DNA of 64,000 nt, taken from the NCBI GenBank assembly GCA_016192685.1, contig JACPTS010000003.1:15119-79118 (forward strand), read 5' to 3'. This DNA comes from Candidatus Harrisonbacteria bacterium (GTDB lineage Bacteria > Patescibacteriota > Minisyncoccia > UBA6257 > 02-FULL-45-10c). How positions within the stretch are numbered: the stretch's first letter is position 1; each line of letters opens with the position of its first letter. This document shows, piece by piece, positions 47,032 to 56,342 of this stretch. Position numbers and translations under genes: made by a program. The notes under the pieces are model-generated. The model ran no database searches. It was not told where the DNA came from and worked only from the letters and a program-made list of their open reading frames with translations.

Positions 47032-48045
47032 ATGAAGTTATCTATCGGCATCGTAGGCCTCCCAAACGTAGGAAAATCCACGCTTTTTAAAGCCTTGACT
47101 AAAAACGATATTCTTATCGCAAATTATCCGTTTGCGACGATTGACCCGAATATCGGGATAGTTCCGGTTCCGGATGAGCGGCTGGATAAATTGGCGGAAA
47201 TGTCCAAATCTAAAAAGAAAATTCCCGCGATTGTGGAATTTTATGATATTGCCGGCTTGGTTAGAGGCGCGAGTATTGGGGAGGGGTTAGGCAATCAATT
47301 TTTAAATCATATTAAAGAAACTCAAGCTATTGTTGAAGTTTTGCGCTGTTTTCCTTCCAGTGAAATTATCCATGTGGAAAATTCCGTGGATCCGCTTCGC
47401 GATTTAGAAATTATCAACACAGAACTCGCATTGAAAGATTTAGAAATACTGGAAAAAAATTTTAAAAAAATAGAAGGCGAAGCGCGGACTGGGAATAAGG
47501 AAGCGCAAAAAGATTTGGAAGCGTTTCAGGCGGCAAAATCAACGCTGGAAAAAGGCGAACTTTTAACTAATCCACAACACCCTTACATACTTGAGAATGT
47601 AAGGATGAAAGAATTAAATTTATTGACGGCCAAGCCGCAGATTTATTTGTTAAATGGAAAGCCGGAAGATGTGCCGCAACAACTAATTGATAAAATAAAA
47701 TCGCTTGGCGCGGATTACATCATCGCAGACATCGCGGAAGAAAACTCAGACTTAAGCGGACTAATTAAAAAATCTTACCAAATTTTGAATTTAATCAGTT
47801 TTTTTACTACTGGTGAAGACGAAACTAGGGCTTGGACAATTCGACAGGGCGCTAAAGCTCCGGAAGCCGCCGGAGTAATCCATACTGATTTTGAAAAAAA
47901 ATTCATCCGCGCGGAAGTAATCAATTGGCAAAAACTTTTGGAAGCGGGGAGTTGGTCTAAAGCCAAGCAAAAAGGTGCAATGCGTTTAGAAGGGAAAGAT
48001 TACGTGGTCAATGATGGTGACGTTATCGAGGTACGGCATGGTTAA
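47032..48045 (+). CDS. ychF: ribosome-binding ATPase YchF (Obg family)
   Basis: GIVGLPNVGKST P-loop, a TGS-like C-terminus, and a start at the second ATG of the track ORF. Confidence 0.9.
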   Translation: MKLSIGIVGLPNVGKSTLFKALTKNDILIANYPFATIDPNIGIVPVPDERLDKLAEMSKSKKKIPAIVEFYDIAGLVRGASIGEGLGNQFLNHIKETQAIVEVLRCFPSSEIIHVENSVDPLRDLEIINTELALKDLEILEKNFKKIEGEARTGNKEAQKDLEAFQAAKSTLEKGELLTNPQHPYILENVRMKELNLLTAKPQIYLLNGKPEDVPQQLIDKIKSLGADYIIADIAEENSDLSGLIKKSYQILNLISFFTTGEDETRAWTIRQGAKAPEAAGVIHTDFEKKFIRAEVINWQKLLEAGSWSKAKQKGAMRLEGKDYVVNDGDVIEVRHG

Positions 48046-48049
48046 TTAA

Positions 48050-48078
48050 TTTGACAAAATCATAATCTTCTGATATTA
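48050..48078 (+). promoter_or_regulatory. consensus promoter (TTGACA, 17-bp spacer, TATTAT) for the small hydrophobic protein gene
   Basis: Exact -35 consensus, exact spacer and a good -10. Confidence 0.5.
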
Positions 48079-48120
48079 TTTAATTAGTAGAAAAATCGTA
48101 AATATAGTATGTAAGGAGGA

Positions 48121-48282
48121 ATGATTATGCTTGGCTTTGCAAAGCTAATCAAAGAGGTGCTATGGCGTACGTTGATGTTCGGTGGATTCACCCTTCTGAT
48201 ACTGCTGACAATCAGTCTTTTCCTTTATTGGCTGATAGGGGAGATCTTTAAGAAAATCTTCCCCCTTCCAGTGGAAGATTAG
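48121..48282 (+). CDS. small hydrophobic protein (53 aa), strongly signalled
   Basis: Strong SD TAAGGAGGAATGATTATG, a consensus promoter and a bidirectional terminator. Sequence MIMLGFAKLIKEVLWRTLMFGGFTLLILLTISLFLYWLIGEIFKKIFPLPVED. Confidence 0.45.
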   Translation: MIMLGFAKLIKEVLWRTLMFGGFTLLILLTISLFLYWLIGEIFKKIFPLPVED

Positions 48283-48322
48283 CGGTTCATAAAAAGCGGT
48301 CCGTTTTAATGAACCGCTTTTT
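48282..48322. terminator. bidirectional terminator (GCGGTTCAT ... ATGAACCGC + T5)
   Basis: 9-bp outer stem with an inner hairpin, lying between convergent genes. Confidence 0.5.
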
Positions 48323-48323
48323 G

Positions 48324-49814
48324 TTATAAATAAATTATTTTAGCGCCCCCAGGAACTTCCTCAAGTTTCTCAGAAGAAATATAATAGATATTTTTTTCCT
48401 TTCGTTTTTTATCGGTAAAAGTATCGGTGAGAAAAAGGATTGTTTGGAGCGAAATCGGATTGTCGCGTTCAATTTTATCTTTTACATCGCTAACCACTAT
48501 ATATTTCGGCGTTTCTTTCGGCAAAGAATTTAAATATTGGGCAATTATTGAATCATTATAGGCAAAGGCGGGTTTTACATTAGAATTCTGGCCCCAAGTG
48601 ATGAAATAAGTTACGTAAGATTCAAACAGCAACAAACTACAAAATACATAGACAACAACTGACAACAAGCAACTACTTAATTTTGGTTTTAGAAATTCGT
48701 AAATTTTTAGACCTCCAATTGCGGCTAAAATAAAAACTGGCGGCACCGCAAGCAGAGAACGAAGCGCATGCGGCAGGCCTTCGTTAGAAACTACCACCGG
48801 AATTAAAGCGATGAAAAGCCAGATGAATAAAATTACAAATGGTAATTTTGGGAAGTCCGACCTCCTAGAATTATTATTTTCAATATTTGGGAGGTCAGAC
48901 TTCCTTAATATTGATTTAGCGCCTGAAATAATTCCGACTAAAAAGAAAATTCCGACCGGCCAGAAAAGCAGGGGGCGGCCGGCAACATTATGACGCCAGT
49001 TAAAATCGCCGAATACATTGAACATCCCTGTGGTTTTTAAAATATTAAGACCAAGATCACGAACCGGAGTTTCGGAATTAAAAATAGAAATGCTGGAAGT
49101 ACGTCCAAGAAAATCTTGAGGGTGGTTATAAAAATAAATTCCAAACGGCGCAATAGTAACAATAGCAGCAATCGCAAAAAACAAAAAAACTATTCTAATA
49201 TTCTTAAGAACATTAGAATAGTTTTTAAAATAGAAATAAACAATAAAAATTATAAGCAGGGGGGTGACGCGATAGGCGATATAAGAATGAAATCCGAGAC
49301 CATAGGTTAATCCTGCCAGAATTGACAAAAAATAAGACCAATAGGACTTATAAGATTTATATGAGAGTAATAGAAAATATAACGCCCAAATCAGGAAAAA
49401 CGGCGCCATGATGGCCCGAAAACCGATGCGGGAAAAATTAATGTGCCAAAAACTCGTAGCAAGCAAAAATGACGCTAAAAGCGCCATTTTTTTATCCGCA
49501 AAGAGTTCTTTAGTAAAAAGATATAACCCCCAAACCGTTAAAATGCCGAAAATGGCGCTCGGGAGCCTTAAAACCCAAGGTTCGTTGCCAAAAGCCGCTA
49601 TAAACAAACTTTGAATATTGATAAATAAGCCTTCCCTACCATGGTTTTCCGGATAAAAAACTTTCCAATCCCGATTTTCCCATGCCTCAACCGCGTTATT
49701 GCCGTTCATCGCTTCATCCGGATAAAGCCCCGGCGGTAATTCAGTGAAATTGTGAAGCCGCAGAAAGGAAGCTATAATTAGGATAATAACTAATAACCAA
49801 AGTTTTTTAAACAT
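48324..49814 (-). CDS. GT-C fold glycosyltransferase, ArnT/PMT-like (second paralog)
   Basis: LYPDEAMNGNNA loop-1 DE motif. 496 aa, multi-TM. Confidence 0.6.
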   Translation of the reverse strand: MFKKLWLLVIILIIASFLRLHNFTELPPGLYPDEAMNGNNAVEAWENRDWKVFYPENHGREGLFINIQSLFIAAFGNEPWVLRLPSAIFGILTVWGLYLFTKELFADKKMALLASFLLATSFWHINFSRIGFRAIMAPFFLIWALYFLLLSYKSYKSYWSYFLSILAGLTYGLGFHSYIAYRVTPLLIIFIVYFYFKNYSNVLKNIRIVFLFFAIAAIVTIAPFGIYFYNHPQDFLGRTSSISIFNSETPVRDLGLNILKTTGMFNVFGDFNWRHNVAGRPLLFWPVGIFFLVGIISGAKSILRKSDLPNIENNNSRRSDFPKLPFVILFIWLFIALIPVVVSNEGLPHALRSLLAVPPVFILAAIGGLKIYEFLKPKLSSCLLSVVVYVFCSLLLFESYVTYFITWGQNSNVKPAFAYNDSIIAQYLNSLPKETPKYIVVSDVKDKIERDNPISLQTILFLTDTFTDKKRKEKNIYYISSEKLEEVPGGAKIIYL

Positions 49815-49836
49815 TTACTTAAATAATAACATTTCT

Positions 49837-50229
49837 ATGGAACCAAATATGAATCCAAAATTTGAGCACTCTGCTCTGGAAAAGGATATCCAAAGACTCA
49901 CGATAGAAATCCGGGAGCATAAAGAAAAATCCGGACAGCCGAAAATAGCAGATAAAGAAATAGTACGGTCAGTAATCGGCGCCCAAATCCAAGCCCAACC
50001 GGCTTCTCCGCCGCCTGCCCAACCTTCACTGATTTTACCGGCCTATCTCCAAAAAGAATCGCCGGAAATTCAATTAAAGGTGGAAGAATTAGTAGACCTG
50101 GCTTTTCATAAGGGCATTGCCGCTTCCGTTGCCGAGGCTAAAAAATACGGCCCTTTTATTTTAGATGCCCTGCATGATTCTTTAACCGCCAAAGTTTATG
50201 AGGAATTAAAAGCTAGAAAACTCTTTTAA
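49837..50229 (+). CDS. hypothetical protein (130 aa)
   Basis: ORF. Helical, with a P/A/Q-rich linker. Confidence 0.4.
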   Translation: MEPNMNPKFEHSALEKDIQRLTIEIREHKEKSGQPKIADKEIVRSVIGAQIQAQPASPPPAQPSLILPAYLQKESPEIQLKVEELVDLAFHKGIAASVAEAKKYGPFILDALHDSLTAKVYEELKARKLF

Positions 50230-50238
50230 TAAAATGAA

Positions 50239-52569
50239 ATGAATATTTTATTACTAAGCTATATTGTAATCGGAATCGCTTTAGCCGGCACGGCGTTTTT
50301 TTGGGTCATTAAAATAATCCAAAGGAAATATTTTTTGGAAACTTTAAAACTGCGGGTGCTTTTAGTAAAATTGCCGCAAAAACTAGAAAAAGAGACTAAA
50401 GAAAACGAACCGCTGAAAGAAATCAATCTGACTGGCCAGCTATTAAACGAGCTCAGCAATTTAAAAATTCCTTTTGCTTTGGAAGCGGCGGTCCACAATA
50501 TCGGGGAAGAAATTCATTTTTATCTTTCCGTTCCGAAAGATTCCATCCAATTCGCCATGCGGCAAATTCAGGGGCTTTGGAATGATGCCAGTGTCCAAGA
50601 AGTAGAGGACTATAATATTTTCAACCACCAAGGCGTCAGCCAAGGAGTATATCTAAAACAAAAAGAAACTTATGTCCTGCCAATTCGTACCTATGAAGAA
50701 GCGAACCTTGATACTTTTCTGCCGATTTTAAGCACCCTGTCTAAAATTCAAGAGATCGGCGAGGGTGTCTCTATTCAGGTTTTAGTAAAGCCGGCGCCGC
50801 AATCTTTTAAAAAAGCCGCTGTCAATTTTGTCTATCAGCTCAAAAAAGGAGCCAAGCTTGAAGAAGTATTGCGGGCCAGTAAAATGATTACTTTAAAAGA
50901 TATTCAAAAGGCCCTAAAAGGTAAAAAACCGGAAGAAGAAACTGCCGCTAAACCAATTTTAGATGAAGAAACTATTAAAGCCATAGAAAAGAAATTGGCC
51001 AAACAAATTTTTTCGGTTAATGTCCGGCTGGTTGTTTCCGCTCCCAGCCAACCAAAAGCCGATGAATTACTCAATGCCCTGGCTGGTTCCTTTGAACAAT
51101 TTGAAGCGCCGCTTAGAAACGGCATCCGGATTATTAAACCAAAAAACCAAAAAGAATTTTTGGCGAAATATATTTTCAGAAAATTTGACGATAAAGAAAG
51201 AGTGGTGCTCGGAACCGACGAATTAGCAAGCTTAATTCATCTGCCGACTTCCGCTACCGAAACTCCAAAAATTAAATGGCTCAAAGCGCGCGAAGCCGCT
51301 CCGCCGACCATTCTTCCGAAAGAAGGCACATTAATAGGGGAAAGCGCTTTTCGCGGAGAGCGGAGGCCGGTTTTCATTACCGATGAAGACCGGCGCCGGC
51401 ATATTTATCTTGTTGGCCAGACCGGAACCGGAAAATCCAATTTAATGATTAATATGGCGCTTAATGATATCCAGCAAGGAAAGGGCGTTACCGTCATTGA
51501 CCCGCATGGCGATTTGATTGAAGCTATTTTAGGTCTGATTCCGGAAAATCGCGCGGAAGATGTCATTGTTTTTGACCCTGGAGATTTAGTCCGGCCGTTA
51601 GGATTGAATATGCTGGAGTATGATTTTTCCAGGCCGGAAGAAAAAACTTTTATCGTCAACGAAATGCAGGGCATTTTTAATAAACTTTTCGCCCAAGAAA
51701 CCATGGGCCCGATATTTGAGCAATATATGCGGAATGCCCTGCTGCTTTTAATGGAAGATGCCCCCAATGAACCGGCGACCTTAATGGATGTGCCGAGGAT
51801 TTTCACTGATGCGGAATATCGGGAGAAAAAATTGGCTCGCTGCCAAAATCCGGTAATCAAAAATTTTTGGGAAAAAGAAGCGATGCTGGTTGGCGGGGAA
51901 GCTTCGCTTCAAAATATGACCCCCTATATCACTTCCAAATTCAATAATTTTATTGCCAATGATTATCTGCGGCCAATCATCGGCCAGCCAAAATCCGCTT
52001 TTCGTTTCCGGGAGGTGATGGATAACGGAAAAATCTTATTAGTGAATTTATCCAAGGGGCGGATAGGGGATATTAATGCCGGACTTTTAGGAATGATTAT
52101 TGTCGGAAAACTTTTAATGGCGGCGCTTTCCCGGGTAGATCTGCCGCAAGAGGAACGCCGGGATTTTAATCTTTACATTGATGAATTTCAAAACTTTACC
52201 ACGGATTCCATTTCCATTATTTTATCGGAGGCAAGAAAATACCGCCTAAATCTGGTAATGGCCCACCAATTTATCGCCCAGCTTCAGGACAAAACCCGGG
52301 ATGCGGTTTTTGGCAATGTCGGCTCACTGATAGTTTTTCGGGTTGGCGCCAAAGACGCGGAAGAATTAATAAAACAATTTGAGCCGATATTTACAAAAAA
52401 TGATTTGATTAATATTGATAACTTCAATGCTTATGTAAAACTGCTGATTAATGGCGAAACTGCCAAACCGTTTAATATCCAGACCCTGCCATCGCCAAGA
52501 GGAGACACTAATTTAAAAAATGAAATTAAAGAGTTGTCTCGCAATACTTATGGAATGCAAAGAGGTTAA
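50239..52569 (+). CDS. membrane-anchored P-loop ATPase of the VirD4/TraG/TraD (type IV coupling protein, FtsK/HerA superfamily)-like type
   Basis: N-terminal TM helix, Walker A LVGQTGTGKSN, Walker B NLYIDEFQNF, and a C-terminal TraG-D_C-like region. 776 aa. Confidence 0.5.
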   Translation: MNILLLSYIVIGIALAGTAFFWVIKIIQRKYFLETLKLRVLLVKLPQKLEKETKENEPLKEINLTGQLLNELSNLKIPFALEAAVHNIGEEIHFYLSVPKDSIQFAMRQIQGLWNDASVQEVEDYNIFNHQGVSQGVYLKQKETYVLPIRTYEEANLDTFLPILSTLSKIQEIGEGVSIQVLVKPAPQSFKKAAVNFVYQLKKGAKLEEVLRASKMITLKDIQKALKGKKPEEETAAKPILDEETIKAIEKKLAKQIFSVNVRLVVSAPSQPKADELLNALAGSFEQFEAPLRNGIRIIKPKNQKEFLAKYIFRKFDDKERVVLGTDELASLIHLPTSATETPKIKWLKAREAAPPTILPKEGTLIGESAFRGERRPVFITDEDRRRHIYLVGQTGTGKSNLMINMALNDIQQGKGVTVIDPHGDLIEAILGLIPENRAEDVIVFDPGDLVRPLGLNMLEYDFSRPEEKTFIVNEMQGIFNKLFAQETMGPIFEQYMRNALLLLMEDAPNEPATLMDVPRIFTDAEYREKKLARCQNPVIKNFWEKEAMLVGGEASLQNMTPYITSKFNNFIANDYLRPIIGQPKSAFRFREVMDNGKILLVNLSKGRIGDINAGLLGMIIVGKLLMAALSRVDLPQEERRDFNLYIDEFQNFTTDSISIILSEARKYRLNLVMAHQFIAQLQDKTRDAVFGNVGSLIVFRVGAKDAEELIKQFEPIFTKNDLINIDNFNAYVKLLINGETAKPFNIQTLPSPRGDTNLKNEIKELSRNTYGMQRG

Positions 52570-52578
52570 TATTAATTC

Positions 52579-54063
52579 ATGATTCTCATTAAAAACGCCC
52601 AAATTATTGACGGTACCGGCAAACCGCCTTTTAAAGGCGATATTTTAATAAAAGACGACAAAATTTCCGCGATCGGAACTTTTCCGAACCAGCGGGCGGA
52701 AACAGTAATTGACGGCTTGGGATTGACAGCAACGCCGGGCTTTATAGACCCTTATGCCACCTCTGACCATTATTTAACGCTTTTTACCAACCCCTTACAG
52801 CCGGATTTCCTGCTACAGGGGGTAACCACGATTATCGGCGGCCACTGCGGTTCTTCGCTGGCGCCGCTCTTATACGGCTCTTTAAAATCCATCCGCAAAT
52901 GGGGAAATCCTAATCAAATCAACATTGATTGGCTGTCTCTGAAAGAACTGAAAAATACCTTACGGCGCCTGAAAATCGGCGTTAATTTCGGAACCTTAGC
53001 GGGGCATTCCACCATTCGCCGAGATTTAATCGGTGAAGAAATCCGGGATCTGACCCAATCGGAATTGGAATTGTTCCAAGCCGCTCTTAAACAGGCGCTT
53101 CAAGAAGGGGCGCTTGGCTTTTCCACCGGGTTAAGTTATTCCCATTCGCGCCATGTTTCTTATTCAGAAATCAAAAATTTACTCGCCGCCATAAACGGAA
53201 AGGGAATTTACGGCACGCACCTTAGAAATGAAAAAGAGGATTTAATTGAATCAGTTCAAGAAACAATTAAAATTGCCGCCGAAACCGGCACAACAACGAT
53301 TATCAGCCATTTCCGGCCGATTATTGGTTTTGAAAATCAATTTCAGGAGGCGCTTCAGCTGATTCAAAAAAATTTAGGGGCCAGTAATATTTATTTTCAG
53401 GTTAATCCATTTGCCGCCAGTATTCTTCCGATTTATACGCTTTTGCCGGGCTGGGCCCAAAATGGCAATCTGGAACTGATGCTGGAAAATATTTCCGAGC
53501 CAAACCAGCGCCGCCAAATTATTCAGGACTTAAACCAAGCCAATATTAATTTTGAAAGCATGGTTATCGGCGAAGCCCAAGATAATAATTACCTTATCGG
53601 TAAAACCCTGAAAGAATTTTCCGAAACCAGGGAATTAAGCCCTGCCGATGGCCTTTTAGTATTGATGGAAATTACGCGGATGAAGGCCTTGATTTTCTAT
53701 CCCAACATCAATTCGGCAATGGCAACCGAGGCAGTTTTAAACCCCAGGTCGTTAATCGGGTCCAACAGCGCCAGTTTGCCGGCCGCCGGTTTTGCCTTAA
53801 AACCGGAAAAATCCACTCAAACCTTCCCGAAATTTTTGGAAATCGCCGCTTCTAAAAATGTGCCGCTGGAAGAAGCGATTAAAAAAATTACTCTGGTACC
53901 GGCAAAAATTTTTGGCCTGCAAAAAAGAGGCGCTTTGGCAGAAGGCTGGTTTGCTGATTTAGTCATGCTGAAAGAAAATCAGATTGTTAATGTAATAGTC
54001 AATGGCCGGTTGACAATTCAAGACGGCAAACTGACCGGAGAATCGGCTGGAGTGCCTATTTAA
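52579..54063 (+). CDS. amidohydrolase-family protein (N-acyl-D-amino-acid deacylase-like)
   Basis: N-terminal β-sandwich (IIDGTGKPPFKGDILIKDDKISAIG) and TIM-barrel amidohydrolase topology (PGFIDPY...). Confidence 0.6.
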   Translation: MILIKNAQIIDGTGKPPFKGDILIKDDKISAIGTFPNQRAETVIDGLGLTATPGFIDPYATSDHYLTLFTNPLQPDFLLQGVTTIIGGHCGSSLAPLLYGSLKSIRKWGNPNQINIDWLSLKELKNTLRRLKIGVNFGTLAGHSTIRRDLIGEEIRDLTQSELELFQAALKQALQEGALGFSTGLSYSHSRHVSYSEIKNLLAAINGKGIYGTHLRNEKEDLIESVQETIKIAAETGTTTIISHFRPIIGFENQFQEALQLIQKNLGASNIYFQVNPFAASILPIYTLLPGWAQNGNLELMLENISEPNQRRQIIQDLNQANINFESMVIGEAQDNNYLIGKTLKEFSETRELSPADGLLVLMEITRMKALIFYPNINSAMATEAVLNPRSLIGSNSASLPAAGFALKPEKSTQTFPKFLEIAASKNVPLEEAIKKITLVPAKIFGLQKRGALAEGWFADLVMLKENQIVNVIVNGRLTIQDGKLTGESAGVPI

Positions 54064-54071
54064 ATATTTCC

Positions 54072-55181
54072 ATGCGACTTTTTTCTCATAGGATAAACGG
54101 CCATGCCCCTGACTATCTGATTGTTTTTGGAACTTTTTTTTTGGTCATTTTCGGGCTCATCATGCTGACCAGCGCTTCTTCAGATTTAGGCCAGCTTAAA
54201 TTCAACGACAGTTATTTTTATCTTAAACACCAGCTCCTTTACGGTTTTCTGGTCGGCCTGATTGGGTTTTGGCTTACATCTAAATTTTATTATCGCCATT
54301 ATCAAAATCTTGCCATTCTTCTCTTAATGGCCGCTTTGGTAATGCTGATTCTGGTTTTTACTCCTATGGGGGTAACTTCCGGCAATGCCAGCCGTTGGAT
54401 TAAAATCGGGCCAATAACCTTTCAGCCTTCTGAGGCGCTGAAAATACCTTTTATTATCTATTTAGCTTCTTGGCTCGGAAATAAATCTTACCGGCAGAAA
54501 AATTTTTTTAGCGGCTTTGTGCCATTTCTAATCATTACCGGCTTTATCGGCTTCTTATTAATCTTACAGCCATCCACCAGCACGACAGCAATTTTATCAG
54601 CTACCGCTTTAATTATTTATTTTAAAAGCGGGGCAAAGATATCCTATATAATTTATGCCATTTTATTGGGGCTGGCGCTTTTCTTACTCATATCTTATTT
54701 AACGCCTTACCGCTGGACTAGAATTAAAACCTTCTTTAATCCAACCGAAAACTTGAGAACAACATCTTATCAGCTGAATCAGGCTTTAATCGCCATTGGT
54801 TCCGGCGGGCTTACCGGCGTTGGCTATGGGAAATCAACAACCAAAATCCATTATTTGCCCCAGCCGATAGATGATTCTATTTTTGCCGTCATTGCCGAAG
54901 AGCTGGGATTTATCGGCTCGGTAATTTTAATTCTGGTTTTGGCAACGGTAGTCATCAGAAGCTTTCTGCTTTCCAGAAAAATCTCAGATGAATTCGGCCA
55001 ATTGTTGCTGATTGGGTTCGGTTCTTTAATCGCCATCCAGGCTTTTATGCATATTGGCGCCATTTCCGGCCTGATTCCCTTAACCGGCGTACCTTTGCCG
55101 TTTATCAGTTACGGCGGCACAGCCTTGGCAATTTTTATGACTATTTCGGGTATAATGGTAAATATCTCCAAATATACTTAA
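54072..55181 (+). CDS. ftsW: SEDS-family peptidoglycan glycosyltransferase FtsW/RodA
   Basis: 10 TM helices and conserved SEDS segments (PSE, GSGG). Confidence 0.85.
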   Translation: MRLFSHRINGHAPDYLIVFGTFFLVIFGLIMLTSASSDLGQLKFNDSYFYLKHQLLYGFLVGLIGFWLTSKFYYRHYQNLAILLLMAALVMLILVFTPMGVTSGNASRWIKIGPITFQPSEALKIPFIIYLASWLGNKSYRQKNFFSGFVPFLIITGFIGFLLILQPSTSTTAILSATALIIYFKSGAKISYIIYAILLGLALFLLISYLTPYRWTRIKTFFNPTENLRTTSYQLNQALIAIGSGGLTGVGYGKSTTKIHYLPQPIDDSIFAVIAEELGFIGSVILILVLATVVIRSFLLSRKISDEFGQLLLIGFGSLIAIQAFMHIGAISGLIPLTGVPLPFISYGGTALAIFMTISGIMVNISKYT

Positions 55182-55187
55182 AAAATT

Positions 55188-56342
55188 ATGAAAAAATTGC
55201 GAATCTTACTAACTGGCGGGGGGACGGGGGGTCATATTTTCCCCCTGATTGCCGTTGCCAATGAGCTGCGGAAGCAAGCTGACAATTTCGAGGTTTCTCC
55301 AGACCTCCGTTATTTTGGCTCGGCGAGAAAATATGCCCGGGAAATCGTGGAAAATGACATAGAATTTGTGCCGATTCTAAGCGGAAAATGGCGCCGTTAC
55401 TGGTCTTTGCTGAATTTGTTGGATATGGTTAAATTTCTTTTAAGCTTTCCGCGATTGCTTTGGAAAATCTTTTGGTTTATGCCGGAAGTAACTTTTTCCA
55501 AGGGAGGGCCGGGAGCATTGGCCGCAATTTTAGTCAGCCGGTTTTACCGCATTCCGGTGATTATCCACGAATCAGACAGCTTGCCGGGCCTTACCAATAA
55601 AATCTCGGCCAGCTTTTCAAAAAAAATATTCGTTGCTTTTGCTTCCGCCATTCCTTATTTCAAAAATAAAAATATTGAAGTGGTCGGCAATCCGGTGCGA
55701 GAATCGCTTTTCGCTAATTTAGCTTCTTTAAAGCTAGACGGAGAGAATGAACAAGCGCAGGCCCGCAAAGGATTCGGATTAAATCCCAATGAGCCGGTAA
55801 TTTTAGTTTTGGGCGGTTCGCAAGGCGCGGAAAAACTAAATAATTTTATTTTAGAAAATTTAGAAATACTAACCCAGAATTTTCAGATATTGCACCAGGC
55901 GGGAGAAGGGAATTATGACAGCTATAAAAAAGAATTTGAATTTACAACTAAAGATTGGAGTGAAGTAGAAAAAAATCGCTATATTTTCCGCCCATTTTTT
56001 GATAAAGATCTCGGCGATGCGCTAATTTCGGCAGATCTAGTTGTTTCTCGGGCAGGCGCTGGTTCTATTTTTGAATTAGCCGCTTTTGGCCGGCCGGCAA
56101 TGCTGGTGCCTCTTCCGGAATCCGCCAACGGCCACCAAAAAGAAAATGCCCGGCTATACGCGGAAACTGGAGCAGCCATTGTCATTCAAGAAGAAAACTT
56201 GTTAGGTAATTTAGTGGCGGAAGAATTGCAAAAGCTGATTGCCAACCCGGAATTGCTTAAAAAAATGAGTGACGCGGCAAAAAGTTTTTATCGTCCTGAT
56301 GCCGCCTCTGTTATAGCAAAATATCTCCTTACTTATGTTTAG
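55188..56342 (+). CDS. murG: undecaprenyl-PP-MurNAc-pentapeptide GlcNAc transferase MurG
   Basis: GGGTGGHIFP motif, GT28. Confidence 0.9.
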   Translation: MKKLRILLTGGGTGGHIFPLIAVANELRKQADNFEVSPDLRYFGSARKYAREIVENDIEFVPILSGKWRRYWSLLNLLDMVKFLLSFPRLLWKIFWFMPEVTFSKGGPGALAAILVSRFYRIPVIIHESDSLPGLTNKISASFSKKIFVAFASAIPYFKNKNIEVVGNPVRESLFANLASLKLDGENEQAQARKGFGLNPNEPVILVLGGSQGAEKLNNFILENLEILTQNFQILHQAGEGNYDSYKKEFEFTTKDWSEVEKNRYIFRPFFDKDLGDALISADLVVSRAGAGSIFELAAFGRPAMLVPLPESANGHQKENARLYAETGAAIVIQEENLLGNLVAEELQKLIANPELLKKMSDAAKSFYRPDAASVIAKYLLTYV

